A stretch of 64,000 bases of DNA from Candidatus Latescibacterota bacterium (GTDB taxonomy: Bacteria; Latescibacterota; UBA2968; UBA8231), in assembly GCA_965242865.1 (NCBI GenBank), contig CBDETK010000013.1:5408001-5472000 (forward strand), read 5' to 3'. The notes under the pieces were generated by a model. That model had not been told where the DNA came from and made no database searches. It saw nothing but the letters and a program-made list of their open reading frames with translations. Positions 29,229-38,324 of this stretch are shown piece after piece. The translations under genes and the position numbers were made by a program. Numbering within the stretch: the stretch's first letter is position 1; every line of letters starts with the position of its first letter.

Positions 29229-29967
29229 GCCGAGTCCGGGCGTAGTACACTTCGCGCTGGAAGTCGTACGGTATATCCACGGTCTCCACGGGCGCGTCGC
29301 GGAAGTCGAACCGTAGCACCATGTCGCGGACCCACAGCGTAAATTCCTCAACGTCGCGGTCGAGCGGGGGAAAGACTAAGTACCCCTCTTGCTCTTGGCC
29401 GCTGAAGATCATGTCGTCGGCAAACAAGGTGCGCTGCAAGAGATCGCGCCGCGCCTTAAAGCCCTTGCGGGCATTGCCGCCGTAGGCTTGGGCGTAGGGC
29501 CAATAGTACTCGGTCAGGGCGAGGAGACTGAGCGCCTCGTAGTGCCGCCCGTTGGGGGCGATCAATTCGATGGTGGCTGGATTTAGGCGCACCTTGGGGT
29601 AGGCGTAGTTTTTGATTTTGACCAAAAATACGGTAAACCGCGTCGGAGCCTCCTCCTCGCCGGGCGGCGTCCAATCGCCATAGGTGTAGGGGTTGGTCGC
29701 CACCGCATAGGGGTTGGGCAGGGTAAAGCCCTCGGGGGCCTCTGAGATGCCGGCGAATTGCCGGTTCAGGGCTTCGGGCGACATGGGCAATATCGCCACT
29801 TCGAGGCGATCTTTGACGAAAGTGATGCTGTGGTCGTCGCCGACTAAGTAGTTGTCGTCCGCGATGGCGGCGGGCACGACCGGGCCGGTAAAGTGCCGAT
29901 ACCCCAACTTTAAGCCGCATCCGGCGAGTGCGATTAGCACTAGGAATACGCTACCCAATTTGTTCAT
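29212..29967 (-). CDS. Hypothetical lipoprotein
   Basis: Lipobox LAGC; long clean ORF coupled to the PPIase gene. Confidence 0.8.
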   Translation of the reverse strand: MNKLGSVFLVLIALAGCGLKLGYRHFTGPVVPAAIADDNYLVGDDHSITFVKDRLEVAILPMSPEALNRQFAGISEAPEGFTLPNPYAVATNPYTYGDWTPPGEEEAPTRFTVFLVKIKNYAYPKVRLNPATIELIAPNGRHYEALSLLALTEYYWPYAQAYGGNARKGFKARRDLLQRTLFADDMIFSGQEQEGYLVFPPLDRDVEEFTLWVRDMVLRFDFRDAPVETVDIPYDFQREVYYARTRRADNS

Positions 29968-30149
29968 GGCTCCTCTCGCTTCTCGATTTCTTTCACCGCT
30001 TGCTCAAAAGGAATCGCCTCGTCGTCGGTCGATTTAGCTCGGTCGTAGGCCCGAATCGACGCTCGCTCCTCCTGCTCTTCGAGAAGATTCTCTCTAAACG
30101 ATACTGGCTGGATTCCCGCTTTCGCGGGAATGACGGTAGGAGCATTCAC
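29964..30149 (-). pseudogene. Antitoxin-like remnant whose 5' part is REP-derived
   Basis: C-term LLEEQEE..IRAYDRAK..DEAIPFEQAVKEIE resembles RelB-type antitoxin tails; N-term VIPAKAGIQ is a translated REP. Confidence 0.5.
30108..30134. repeat. REP/dRS3-like palindrome
   Basis: ctggATTCCC-gctttcgc-GGGAATgac = ATTCCC-N8-GGGAAT. Confidence 0.85.
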
Positions 30150-30178
30150 GGGAATATTCGTTCCTCCTTATACAAGAT

Positions 30179-30203
30179 GAGGAGGGGCGGCTTGCCCCTC
30201 CTC
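30179..30203. terminator. GC-rich hairpin downstream of 30245..31168 (probable terminator or mRNA stabiliser)
   Basis: GAGGAGGGGC-ggctt-GCCCCTCCTC; weak U tail on the minus strand. Confidence 0.55.
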
Positions 30204-30244
30204 TCTTTACTGCGGCTGATGCCTGATGCAATGCAGCCGTTGGT

Positions 30245-31168
30245 TTAGTCGAGCTGGCTGTCGAGATGGCTCTTGACGCGGCCCCAGCTCGTGGCTTCGA
30301 CCGACGTGTCGTCTTCCTCGATCTCGTCGGCTTCGAGCAGGATGTAGTCGAGCATCTGGTCGCCCTTTTGGTCTTGACCTGTGGAGCCGCCCAGCGGATA
30401 GAGCTGGTGCTTGGCCCCGGTCTCGCCGCCGTCGCCGTCGAGCGGGCGGACGCCGATGTGGGTTACTTGGTCCGCTTCAAAGATGTGCCGAATCGCCTCA
30501 TCTTGGGTCACGCCGTGGATGTCCCAAAAGGCGTTGCGGAACTCAAAGGTGTACGAGACGTTGGTCGAGAAATGCTCGGCATCCGGCGGATTGACCGTCC
30601 AAGCGATCTCAAAGATGTCGCCCGTTGGCTGGCCCTCAAACATATCCGAACTCCAGCCAATCGGCGGCAGGTCGATGTATTCGAGCAGGCTGTTGTACGC
30701 CACGGGCTGGCCCGGCAGCGGCTTGATGCGCAGGTGATACCGCTGGGCGTTGAGGACCTGATCGACGTTTTCGCCGAGGAAGTCGCCGCCCGAATGGTCT
30801 GGGTCGAAGGTGATCTGGATGCAGTCGTCGTTCCACCAGCGCTTTTGGTCTTCTTCGATCAGACGCAGGGTGTCGTCTTGAACGCGAATGAAGAAGTAGA
30901 AGCGATTGTCCGGCGGCTCGCTCCATGCCATCAGAATGCTGACGTCGTAGTCTTCCTTGGCGATGGTTTCGCCGCCAGCGGTGAACATGCCCTCGGTCGT
31001 GAGGATGAATTCCTCGTCCAGCCAGCCCCAATCGTCTTCGAGGCCGTCGATGGTCATGGCGCTGGGATTGGGCACGCCCGGGATGAAATACTCAGCCCCG
31101 ACGTGGGCGTTGGCCGCGCTCGCCAAGGCGAATGCTGCGGCGGCAAACAAGAACAAGAACTTTTTCAT
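30245..31168 (-). CDS. Secreted CBM9/DOMON-like protein with C-terminal TSWGRVK motif
   Basis: Signal peptide AANA/H; IDG..DDW; W..D.I...D.DHSGG; ends TSVEATSWGRVKSHLDSQLD. Confidence 0.75.
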   Translation of the reverse strand: MKKFLFLFAAAAFALASAANAHVGAEYFIPGVPNPSAMTIDGLEDDWGWLDEEFILTTEGMFTAGGETIAKEDYDVSILMAWSEPPDNRFYFFIRVQDDTLRLIEEDQKRWWNDDCIQITFDPDHSGGDFLGENVDQVLNAQRYHLRIKPLPGQPVAYNSLLEYIDLPPIGWSSDMFEGQPTGDIFEIAWTVNPPDAEHFSTNVSYTFEFRNAFWDIHGVTQDEAIRHIFEADQVTHIGVRPLDGDGGETGAKHQLYPLGGSTGQDQKGDQMLDYILLEADEIEEDDTSVEATSWGRVKSHLDSQLD

Positions 31169-31259
31169 GCGTTCCCTCCATTGGGATTGGTGGTATAGCG
31201 ATGACGATTTATCGCGCTAGAAGGCCCTATATTACGTTTTTCAAAAGGGCTTAGCAAGT

Positions 31260-31319
31260 TCAATTTTCAGCACCGGACTGCCCCGTTTGGTTACCGAATC
31301 CACAATTAGTTGTCGGCAT
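31260..31319 (-). pseudogene. Truncated partner gene (possible aspartyl-protease N-terminus)
   Basis: ATG overlaps the end of 31306..31554; MPTTNCGFGNQTGQSGAEN*. Confidence 0.35.
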
Positions 31320-31554
31320 ATACGGGTCTGTACAGCGCAGAAGCCGGTAGGGTCGGCGGTGGTGCGCCGATTCGTCTGATTAGGTATGGGCCGTACCCGA
31401 AACGCTGTACTGCGTCGGCGGCAGCCTCTTGAAAATCGGCATAGGTCCCAACGAGTTTTTCGTCGTGCATAACGACCCATTCGCCCAAGTGCTCCAATTC
31501 GAGGTCGTCCCGCATGCGTTCGTACGCGGCGATTTCCTTCTTTATTCCAAGCAT
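31306..31554 (-). CDS. Small DUF5678-like protein
   Basis: GGAGGAGG RBS; EIAAYERM...L..H.GEWVV.HD..LVG......A...A..RFG.GPYLIR.IG. Confidence 0.65.
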   Translation of the reverse strand: MLGIKKEIAAYERMRDDLELEHLGEWVVMHDEKLVGTYADFQEAAADAVQRFGYGPYLIRRIGAPPPTLPASALYRPVYADN

Positions 31555-31684
31555 AGTCTGCCTCCTCCGCAAGGGGTATTTTTAGCGTACCAAGCGCAAA
31601 TCGCCATGTCAAGGTTCCCGCTACAGACCCGAGAAACAGCGGAAAGTTTCAAAGTGATCCCCTACCCAATTTGCGCGGTTTTTG

Positions 31685-34321
31685 CTACTCCTGCCCGGTG
31701 CTGGCGAAAATGCGAATGAACCCCAGCGAGGTGTTGCGATCCGAGGCTTCGAAGTTTTGCTGCTCCAGTTGAAGGCCCGCGTTTAGGGTGAGCTGGTAGC
31801 CCAAATAGGCCGAAGTATTGGAAAACAGAATCGAGTAAACGCGGCTGGTAAAGTCTTCGGTAAAGCCGACTTGAGCTTCGGCGGGCCGGTCGCGCAAGTT
31901 CTCAAACCAACTGAACTCTAGGCCGAGAGCGATCCACGTCTGTTCGAGGATCGCATAGCGCGAGATCAAGAACAAGGTTTCTTCTAGCTCGCGGATGTGG
32001 GACTGCGACGGGTCGGTGGGGACCTCGCGCTTGAAGGTGCTCTTCCACTTGGGCCACACGGTCAGGTTGGCCCCGATGGGAATGGTGTAATCGGCTTTGG
32101 TGATCAGCCCGAAAAACGAGCGGTCGCGCTTGTCGTCGGCCTGCTCGCCCCGCTGGTTGAACAGCTCGTGTTTGACCTTGGCGGTCGCCCGGAAGTTGCG
32201 GAGGCGATTGTAGCGCGCCTGCAGGTAGATGCTGTTGACAAACGTGTCTTGGTTGTCGAGCGGGTCGGTAAAATCCGTCCGGCCCGTGGGGTCGACCCAC
32301 TGCAAACGGTCTTCCCGAATGTTGTCCGCGACGAATTTGGCGTGTTCAAAGAGCGCCACCGACAGGCCCGGGAGATTCCACCGCACAGTGAACAAGCCGT
32401 AGTTGGCCTTGCTCTTGCGCGCCGAACTGAGCTGGCGCTCGCTCAAGCGACCGAGGGTTAGCTGGGCGTCCTCGCTGAGCATCAGGCCGCCGTACGCGTT
32501 GTAGCCCCGGTGGTCGCGGTCGTAGGGATAGTCGGGCTGGCGGTCGTCTTCAAAGCGGTCGATTAGGGTGTTGTTGTTCATGTCCATGCCAAAGAGAAAG
32601 TCCGGCGGATCCACCTCGTAGCGCAGGAACGGCTCGTCGTAGTCGGGCCGCGCATTGCGGTTTTGGTTGAAGTCGGAGACGAAGTCGTTGTTCTCGTCGA
32701 GACCGGGGAACACCTCTAAGTCGGCCCCCACTGAGCCGCCCGAAGCACCCACCCCGGTGCCGAATTGGCCGGCCCGCTGCCAGTCGGCAAAGCGGTCTTG
32801 GTCGTCGTTGTCATCGACGAACTCAAAGAGGTGGAAAATTTCGCTGCTGTAATCAATGCCGCCCAGCGAGTTGGCCATGAACGCGGTCGTGCTGTAATCC
32901 GGGTCCATGGTGAACATCTCGCCGTAGGCAAACCACGGATACGAGGTGTACGACGCGGTGATGTACCCGGCCTCGCCCTTGTCTTCGGCGAGGGTGTGTT
33001 CGGTTAGGTTTTGGTTGGGGAAGCGGCGGAAGCGGCGGTTGCGCACGAACTCGGCGCGCAGGTCGAGCCCGCCGAGGCTCAGAATCTCAAAATCCACTCC
33101 GATGACATCGCTGCCGGTGGGCAACCCGTACTCAAAGCGCAAAAACTGCTGGTTTGACCCGTCGGATATTTCGCCAGCGGCCTGCGCGACCGGCAAAAAG
33201 ACCGGGTCGCCCAAGCGGTCGGTCTGCACGTTGGACGTGACATCGACCCGGTAGTCGTTGGCCAAGATCAACTCGAACTCGATTTTGCTCGCCTCCTGAT
33301 AGGTCGGCACCTTTTCGGTGGGGCGGAAGCTGTTGCGGATGTCGTAGATCAGTTCGATGTGGTCCACGCCCCGAGCCTCTAAGCTGCCGCCGGTGCGGAT
33401 GCCGCCGCGGACGATCGGGGTGATTTCCGGGTGAATCTCGCCATCGATCAGCACGCGGTCGAAAAACAGCAAGGCCCCGTCGTCGCTCGATTCGGGCGAA
33501 TCGTCCGAGATCAAGATCGTCACGGTCTCGACGCTGCCGGTGTTTTGCGGCGTGGTCAAGACGCCCTTGAGCGAGTTGGCCCCCATGTCGAGGGTGCTCC
33601 GCGCATTGTGGGCGCTGACCCACGTCGCCCCCACTTTGGCAAAGTCGCCCACTTGGGCCACGCCCCGGCCGCCGAGCAGGCGGGTGGAGTTTTCCACGAG
33701 GGCTGCGGCCTCGGACTGGGTTCCGGCCGGATTGGCCGGCGAGCTGATGCGCGAGCCGAGGAACGTAAACGCGTACTTGTCGGCGAGGAAGTCCCACTGG
33801 ATGCCGTTGAAGGTCGGCTTGGAAAAGGTCAGGGGGGTTAGGGTGGTGCGAATGGCGTCGCCGACGGTCAGGGCGGTGTGAAACTGGCCCTTGTGGGCCG
33901 ACGAGATCACCACGCGGTCGAACCAACTGCTGTAGCGCGGGCTTTTGAAGATGCCGCTGCCTTGGCGCAGGGGATTGTTCTCGGTCCAGTCGTAAATCGT
34001 CCAGCCGCGGGCGATGTAGTTGCCAAAGGCGTCGTAGTGGCGGTTGCCCTCCAACTGAATATCGACGTAGCGCTCGTACTCGTCGCGGGCGTAGTTGCTG
34101 TACTCCCAGCCGCGCCAGCCGTATTCGTAGAAGAGGTTTTGCGGCAGGTAGAATTTGCGGCGGTTGGGTGCTAGCGCGCCGGGGTGGATTCGCACCCCGT
34201 AGATACCCGGCTCGGCGATGGGCCGATAGCCGGTCGTCAACTGAGCGGCAGCACTATTCCAGTCGAGTGCGAGCAACGCGAGTGCTGCCCACCATGCGAT
34301 TCGGATGCGAGATAAAACCAT
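31685..34321 (-). CDS. Large exported, probable outer-membrane protein (878 aa) with Ca-binding-like DxDxN loops
   Basis: Signal peptide AAA/Q; DDNDDQD, DENNDFVSD, DMNNN motifs; C-terminal third made of amphipathic beta-strands. Confidence 0.75.
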   Translation of the reverse strand: MVLSRIRIAWWAALALLALDWNSAAAQLTTGYRPIAEPGIYGVRIHPGALAPNRRKFYLPQNLFYEYGWRGWEYSNYARDEYERYVDIQLEGNRHYDAFGNYIARGWTIYDWTENNPLRQGSGIFKSPRYSSWFDRVVISSAHKGQFHTALTVGDAIRTTLTPLTFSKPTFNGIQWDFLADKYAFTFLGSRISSPANPAGTQSEAAALVENSTRLLGGRGVAQVGDFAKVGATWVSAHNARSTLDMGANSLKGVLTTPQNTGSVETVTILISDDSPESSDDGALLFFDRVLIDGEIHPEITPIVRGGIRTGGSLEARGVDHIELIYDIRNSFRPTEKVPTYQEASKIEFELILANDYRVDVTSNVQTDRLGDPVFLPVAQAAGEISDGSNQQFLRFEYGLPTGSDVIGVDFEILSLGGLDLRAEFVRNRRFRRFPNQNLTEHTLAEDKGEAGYITASYTSYPWFAYGEMFTMDPDYSTTAFMANSLGGIDYSSEIFHLFEFVDDNDDQDRFADWQRAGQFGTGVGASGGSVGADLEVFPGLDENNDFVSDFNQNRNARPDYDEPFLRYEVDPPDFLFGMDMNNNTLIDRFEDDRQPDYPYDRDHRGYNAYGGLMLSEDAQLTLGRLSERQLSSARKSKANYGLFTVRWNLPGLSVALFEHAKFVADNIREDRLQWVDPTGRTDFTDPLDNQDTFVNSIYLQARYNRLRNFRATAKVKHELFNQRGEQADDKRDRSFFGLITKADYTIPIGANLTVWPKWKSTFKREVPTDPSQSHIRELEETLFLISRYAILEQTWIALGLEFSWFENLRDRPAEAQVGFTEDFTSRVYSILFSNTSAYLGYQLTLNAGLQLEQQNFEASDRNTSLGFIRIFASTGQE

Positions 34322-34467
34322 GAGATACCCCTCCCTCAAGAGGCTTGGCCGAATGGTTTAGGAGCGAGTTGGAGCGATTCAAAAACTGAGCGTTCAGTCC
34401 ATTCTGATAACGGTAAGACTATTTCCGGCAATTTCCAACTTATGCCTCTACGTCTAAAAAACCAACT

Positions 34468-35849
34468 TCACGTCCGCACCTCCCATCGACCCGCCCTAGC
34501 CGATCCGACCCGACGGATGACGCCAGCGGCTCGCAGCTTTCCCAAGTGGTACTTGACTCCATCCCGCGTAAGGCCAATTCGTTCAGCGAGCATGCGCTGA
34601 GTTATCTCAGGCTCCGCTTTGAGTAAAGCCAATATGCGTTCTTGGGTAGTTTTTGGGGTAGTTTTTGGGGTAGTTTTTGGGGTAGTTTTTGGGGTAGTTT
34701 TTTTAGGGCTAGCATCACGGGTCGGGCGGACATGGTGCTGGTACGCGGCAGAAAACGGGAACCTCAACCACAGACCGTCGCCGCTGGCTTGCAGCTTCCA
34801 CTCTGGCGTGGGGTTGCCAGCCTCCTGGCACATTTCCGCGATCCGCCGGATGCCCCGTCCCCATGCCTCGATCATTCCGGCGCGGAAGAAGGCGTAGGCG
34901 ATGCGCGGGTTGTACGGCTTGGACGAAAATTCTCCGGCGAGTGGCTCGACAGCCCATTCCGGCGGCAACTGCACCGCATTCCAGATCGCGATCCGGTCGT
35001 CATGTACGCGAATCTGAATCGTCGTGGGGCTGGCGTAATCCCGGTGAATGACGGCGTTGATCACCGCTTCGCGCATGGCTTCGCGCGGTACGGGAAAGGT
35101 CTCCACGCGGTAAACGCCGTCGTAGGAAATCAAGGCTCGCGTGTACTTCGTGTACAGCAGTCCATCGTCCGATCTACCTGAGTGAATAGGTCGCCCTCGA
35201 TAACATCCTGATACAGCAACTCCGCACCGCGGAAGTAGCCGATCTTGACGTAGGCTTCCATCACGAACCGATCCGGCGCGGGATGAAAGAGCAGGACCGC
35301 GGCGCGCTTGAGGAAGCCTGCCTCCCGCAACTGGAGCCTTTCGATCACCCCTTCGTCGGATTCGTCCAAGATGTCCTGCGGCAAGCGTTCGCTGTCGGCA
35401 CCCCGCTGGCGAAACCCATCAAACACGCGACCGTCTAAGTCCTTGAGGCCGACGCCCGGCAGGGGCACGTCGTCCCACGTTCGGCCGTATTTTTGCAACA
35501 GGAAGCGGCTGAGTGCCGCGCCTCTGAGCACCTGCTTGGTGCTGCCGCTGCGATAGTGGAATTCGCCTTTGTAGCTGATTGCATTGGGGTAGGGATCAAC
35601 CGCGACTTCCAGATATTCCCGGCCGTCTGCCGACTTCAGGTTCACGTCAACCACAATGCCGAGCAATGCCTGTGCTTTGTTGGGGATCTCCTCGAGCAGC
35701 CGGAGAACGCCCTTCACTCCGACCACTTCGCCCCGATCATTTTTGCCGATTTCCAAGACGCCGCCCTGCGCGTTGGCGAAGCCGCAGACCCATTTTAGGT
35801 ATTCGTCCCGCCACGTCTCCTTCCATTCGATGTTCTGATTCTCGCTCAT
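34468..35849 (-). pseudogene. Schlafen/AlbA_2 + HATPase_c_4 + HTH protein, frameshifted
   Basis: ENQNIEWKE..GFANAQGG; REAVINAVIHRDY; IEAWGRG; restoring one base near 35160 gives DRTMDLLYTKYTRALISYDG and joins the two ORFs. Confidence 0.85.
34644..34703. repeat. 12-nt coding tandem repeat x5 (KTTP)
   Basis: gggtagtttttg repeated five times. Confidence 0.9.
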
Positions 35850-36033
35850 GTCGTCTTTGTCAGAGACTCGGGTTTGACCGGCCGAATCTGACCGGTGGAA
35901 GCTACTACGTCATGCCCTGCTTGACGGCACGGGTCATGCCCTCGGCTGACGCCACTTTCTCTGCCTCGGATTTAAGCGAGGCGAGCAAATGACGAGAATG
36001 TCGCTACCTCATAAACCCGAACTCACGTTTGGT

Positions 36034-38310
36034 TTAGTACGCCACGTGGATGATCTGCGCCAAGTTTTGCACCTCGGCTTGGGCGTCGATTTGGATGCGA
36101 CACACGTAAATCCCCGGGGGCACGCGCTGGCCCTCGTCGTCTTGGCCATCCCACTCATAGACGAGGAAGCCATCGCTGTTGCGGCCGCCGGCCAACGAGC
36201 CGACCCGCCGCCCATCGAGCGCGTAAATGTCAACGGTGACCGGGGCGTCGGCCTTCAATACCGCGAAGCGAATAGAGGCGCGGTCGCCGACCCCGTCGCC
36301 GTTGGGCGTGAGGACCTGAGGCGAAATGGCGACTTGGTCGAGCAAAGCCGCGGACGCGGGCACGGCCGGCAAAAACACCGTGGTGGCCGCCCGGCCGGCC
36401 GGATCGACTTGCTGCCAAAATTCCAGCTCGTCGGTGTGGCCGACGAAGGCCGAAAAGAGATAGGGATTGGCGAATACGTTGACCCGCAGGTCGATTTCGA
36501 CCTCTTGCCGGCGGACGACTCGGGGCAGTTCCGCGACCAGCGAGTCGGGCAACAGCGCGAGGGAACTCGGCTCGACCTCGGCGCCGGCGACGCGGATGAC
36601 CACGCTCTCGGCCTGCGATGGCGTGTCGAGCCGCAGCCGGTTAAAGCCCTTGTCGCCCGATTGAAAGTCCGGTTGCAACGTGTAGGTGAAGGTTTCCGGC
36701 TGGCCCACTTGGGCCTCGTTCGGGGACACTTGGCCCAAGGCCCCATTGAGAAACGAGTCCGTGTAGTTGAGCCGCAGCCCGTTTAGGGTGGGAGCCACGT
36801 CTGGGCTGTCCGATTTGAGCAGCACCTTGAATTGGACGTAGCGCCGCGGGCTGGGCGAGAGAAACTCTTGGCCGGAGAACAGATAGGTGTTGCTCCAGCC
36901 GCTCCAATCCGCGCTGGGCCGAATGTAAGGCACGATGTCGCCCTTCCACCGCTTCTTCAAGGCGTTGTATTCGTCCTCGGTTACTTCGTGGCCTTTGCGA
37001 TGGTAGTACGTATTGCCCTCGTCGAGCCCGCTGCCCGAGCGCGTCTGCGCCAAAATTTGCGTTCCCGGGGGCAACTCGGCGTCCCATTCGAGGGTGCGGA
37101 ACACCTTGGGGCGGTCGTCTATCTTGAGGAAGTCCGAGCGCAATTCCACTTCGGCGACGTAGCCGGTGGGGATGACGACGGCTTCGGCCATCGCGCCGCT
37201 GCTGCTGCCGCCGAAGATCATTTCGAGATGGCGCAGGGGCCGATACGGGTGCATGAGATAGGTGATCGGCTCGGGATTGTTCCAATCGCCCGGCTCGGGA
37301 AAGTCGAAGAGGACATCGAAGTTGATGTCGCCCGAAGGCTTGAGCTCGCCGGCCGACCCCAGCAGCCGGTGGCGCAAGATGCGCGGCCGCCCCCAAGTGG
37401 TCGTCTCCTGAAACGCCACGAAGATGACGCGGTTGATCCAAAAGACCGCGCCCAAATCCCAGCGCCACTGGGCAATGAACTGGCCGGTCTCGCTCCAGTT
37501 GAGCTCCTCCCAGAAGGTGTTGACATTGCCGTCGATCATGGCCGGGGCGCGCTCCTTGCCCTGATCGTCGATGAGGCCGCCCCGCCCGGCGGTCCCTTGG
37601 GCGATGTTCTGGCCAAACGAGATGACCTCGACCTCGGCGAGGGCTGCGTCCTCGCTCTGGACGTCGGCGATGATGCGGATGTATTGGGTGGGAGCGAAGG
37701 TCGTGGAGACGTCCGCGGCTGCGGTGGGTTGGCCAAAGCTCAACACCCGTTTGGTGGCCTCGCCAAAGGCCACTCGATACGACAGCAGGGTCTCTTCGTT
37801 GCGCTTGGTCGTGCCGCCGATGAGGTTGAAGAGAAAGACGTCGTCGGTGATGGACTGGAACTTGCCGTCCGACCCAAAGACCCGCAGGGCCCGCAGCGGG
37901 CGCGCCCCTTCCTCGTCGGGAAAGTGCAGGCGGACCTCTTTGACGGCCACCATCCGGCCCAAGTTGATCTCGATCCACCAATCGTCGAGCGGGTCGTCTG
38001 GGCTGGGTTGCCAGTAGGTGGTCGGGTCGTCGTCGATGATCAGGGGGGCGTCGGCCGCGTTGGACCCAGCCTTCCACACCCCACCGCGCTGCTCGCCGGC
38101 CCGCTTGAGTTCGTGCGTGAACAGCGGGGCGCTCGGCGCGGCGTTGAAGGGCTGCTCAAACCGAATCGGCTTGATCGACCCATCGGCTCGCAGGTCGAGG
38201 GTGCCGACCGGAAAGACCCACGTCTCCCACTGCCGCTTGGTGTTCACTTCAAAGATTTCTTGCGCGTGGGCAACACTCGCTACCAGCGTCAGCAAACTAA
38301 GCCATAGCAT
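36034..38310 (-). CDS. Secreted protein with discoidin-like and C-terminal FlgD-Ig domain (paralog 3)
   Basis: ATG 38310, signal peptide AHA/Q; IDDDPTTYW; TPNGDGVGD, WDGQDDEGQRVPPGIY, ends HVAY. Confidence 0.82.
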   Translation of the reverse strand: MLWLSLLTLVASVAHAQEIFEVNTKRQWETWVFPVGTLDLRADGSIKPIRFEQPFNAAPSAPLFTHELKRAGEQRGGVWKAGSNAADAPLIIDDDPTTYWQPSPDDPLDDWWIEINLGRMVAVKEVRLHFPDEEGARPLRALRVFGSDGKFQSITDDVFLFNLIGGTTKRNEETLLSYRVAFGEATKRVLSFGQPTAAADVSTTFAPTQYIRIIADVQSEDAALAEVEVISFGQNIAQGTAGRGGLIDDQGKERAPAMIDGNVNTFWEELNWSETGQFIAQWRWDLGAVFWINRVIFVAFQETTTWGRPRILRHRLLGSAGELKPSGDINFDVLFDFPEPGDWNNPEPITYLMHPYRPLRHLEMIFGGSSSGAMAEAVVIPTGYVAEVELRSDFLKIDDRPKVFRTLEWDAELPPGTQILAQTRSGSGLDEGNTYYHRKGHEVTEDEYNALKKRWKGDIVPYIRPSADWSGWSNTYLFSGQEFLSPSPRRYVQFKVLLKSDSPDVAPTLNGLRLNYTDSFLNGALGQVSPNEAQVGQPETFTYTLQPDFQSGDKGFNRLRLDTPSQAESVVIRVAGAEVEPSSLALLPDSLVAELPRVVRRQEVEIDLRVNVFANPYLFSAFVGHTDELEFWQQVDPAGRAATTVFLPAVPASAALLDQVAISPQVLTPNGDGVGDRASIRFAVLKADAPVTVDIYALDGRRVGSLAGGRNSDGFLVYEWDGQDDEGQRVPPGIYVCRIQIDAQAEVQNLAQIIHVAY

Positions 38311-38324
38311 AGTCGGTTCCTTTC

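Noticed and set aside
31621-31660. Possible displaced alternative 3' end of the OM gene (..TFRCFSGL*)
   Set aside because: No nucleotide match to the current gene end; too short to call
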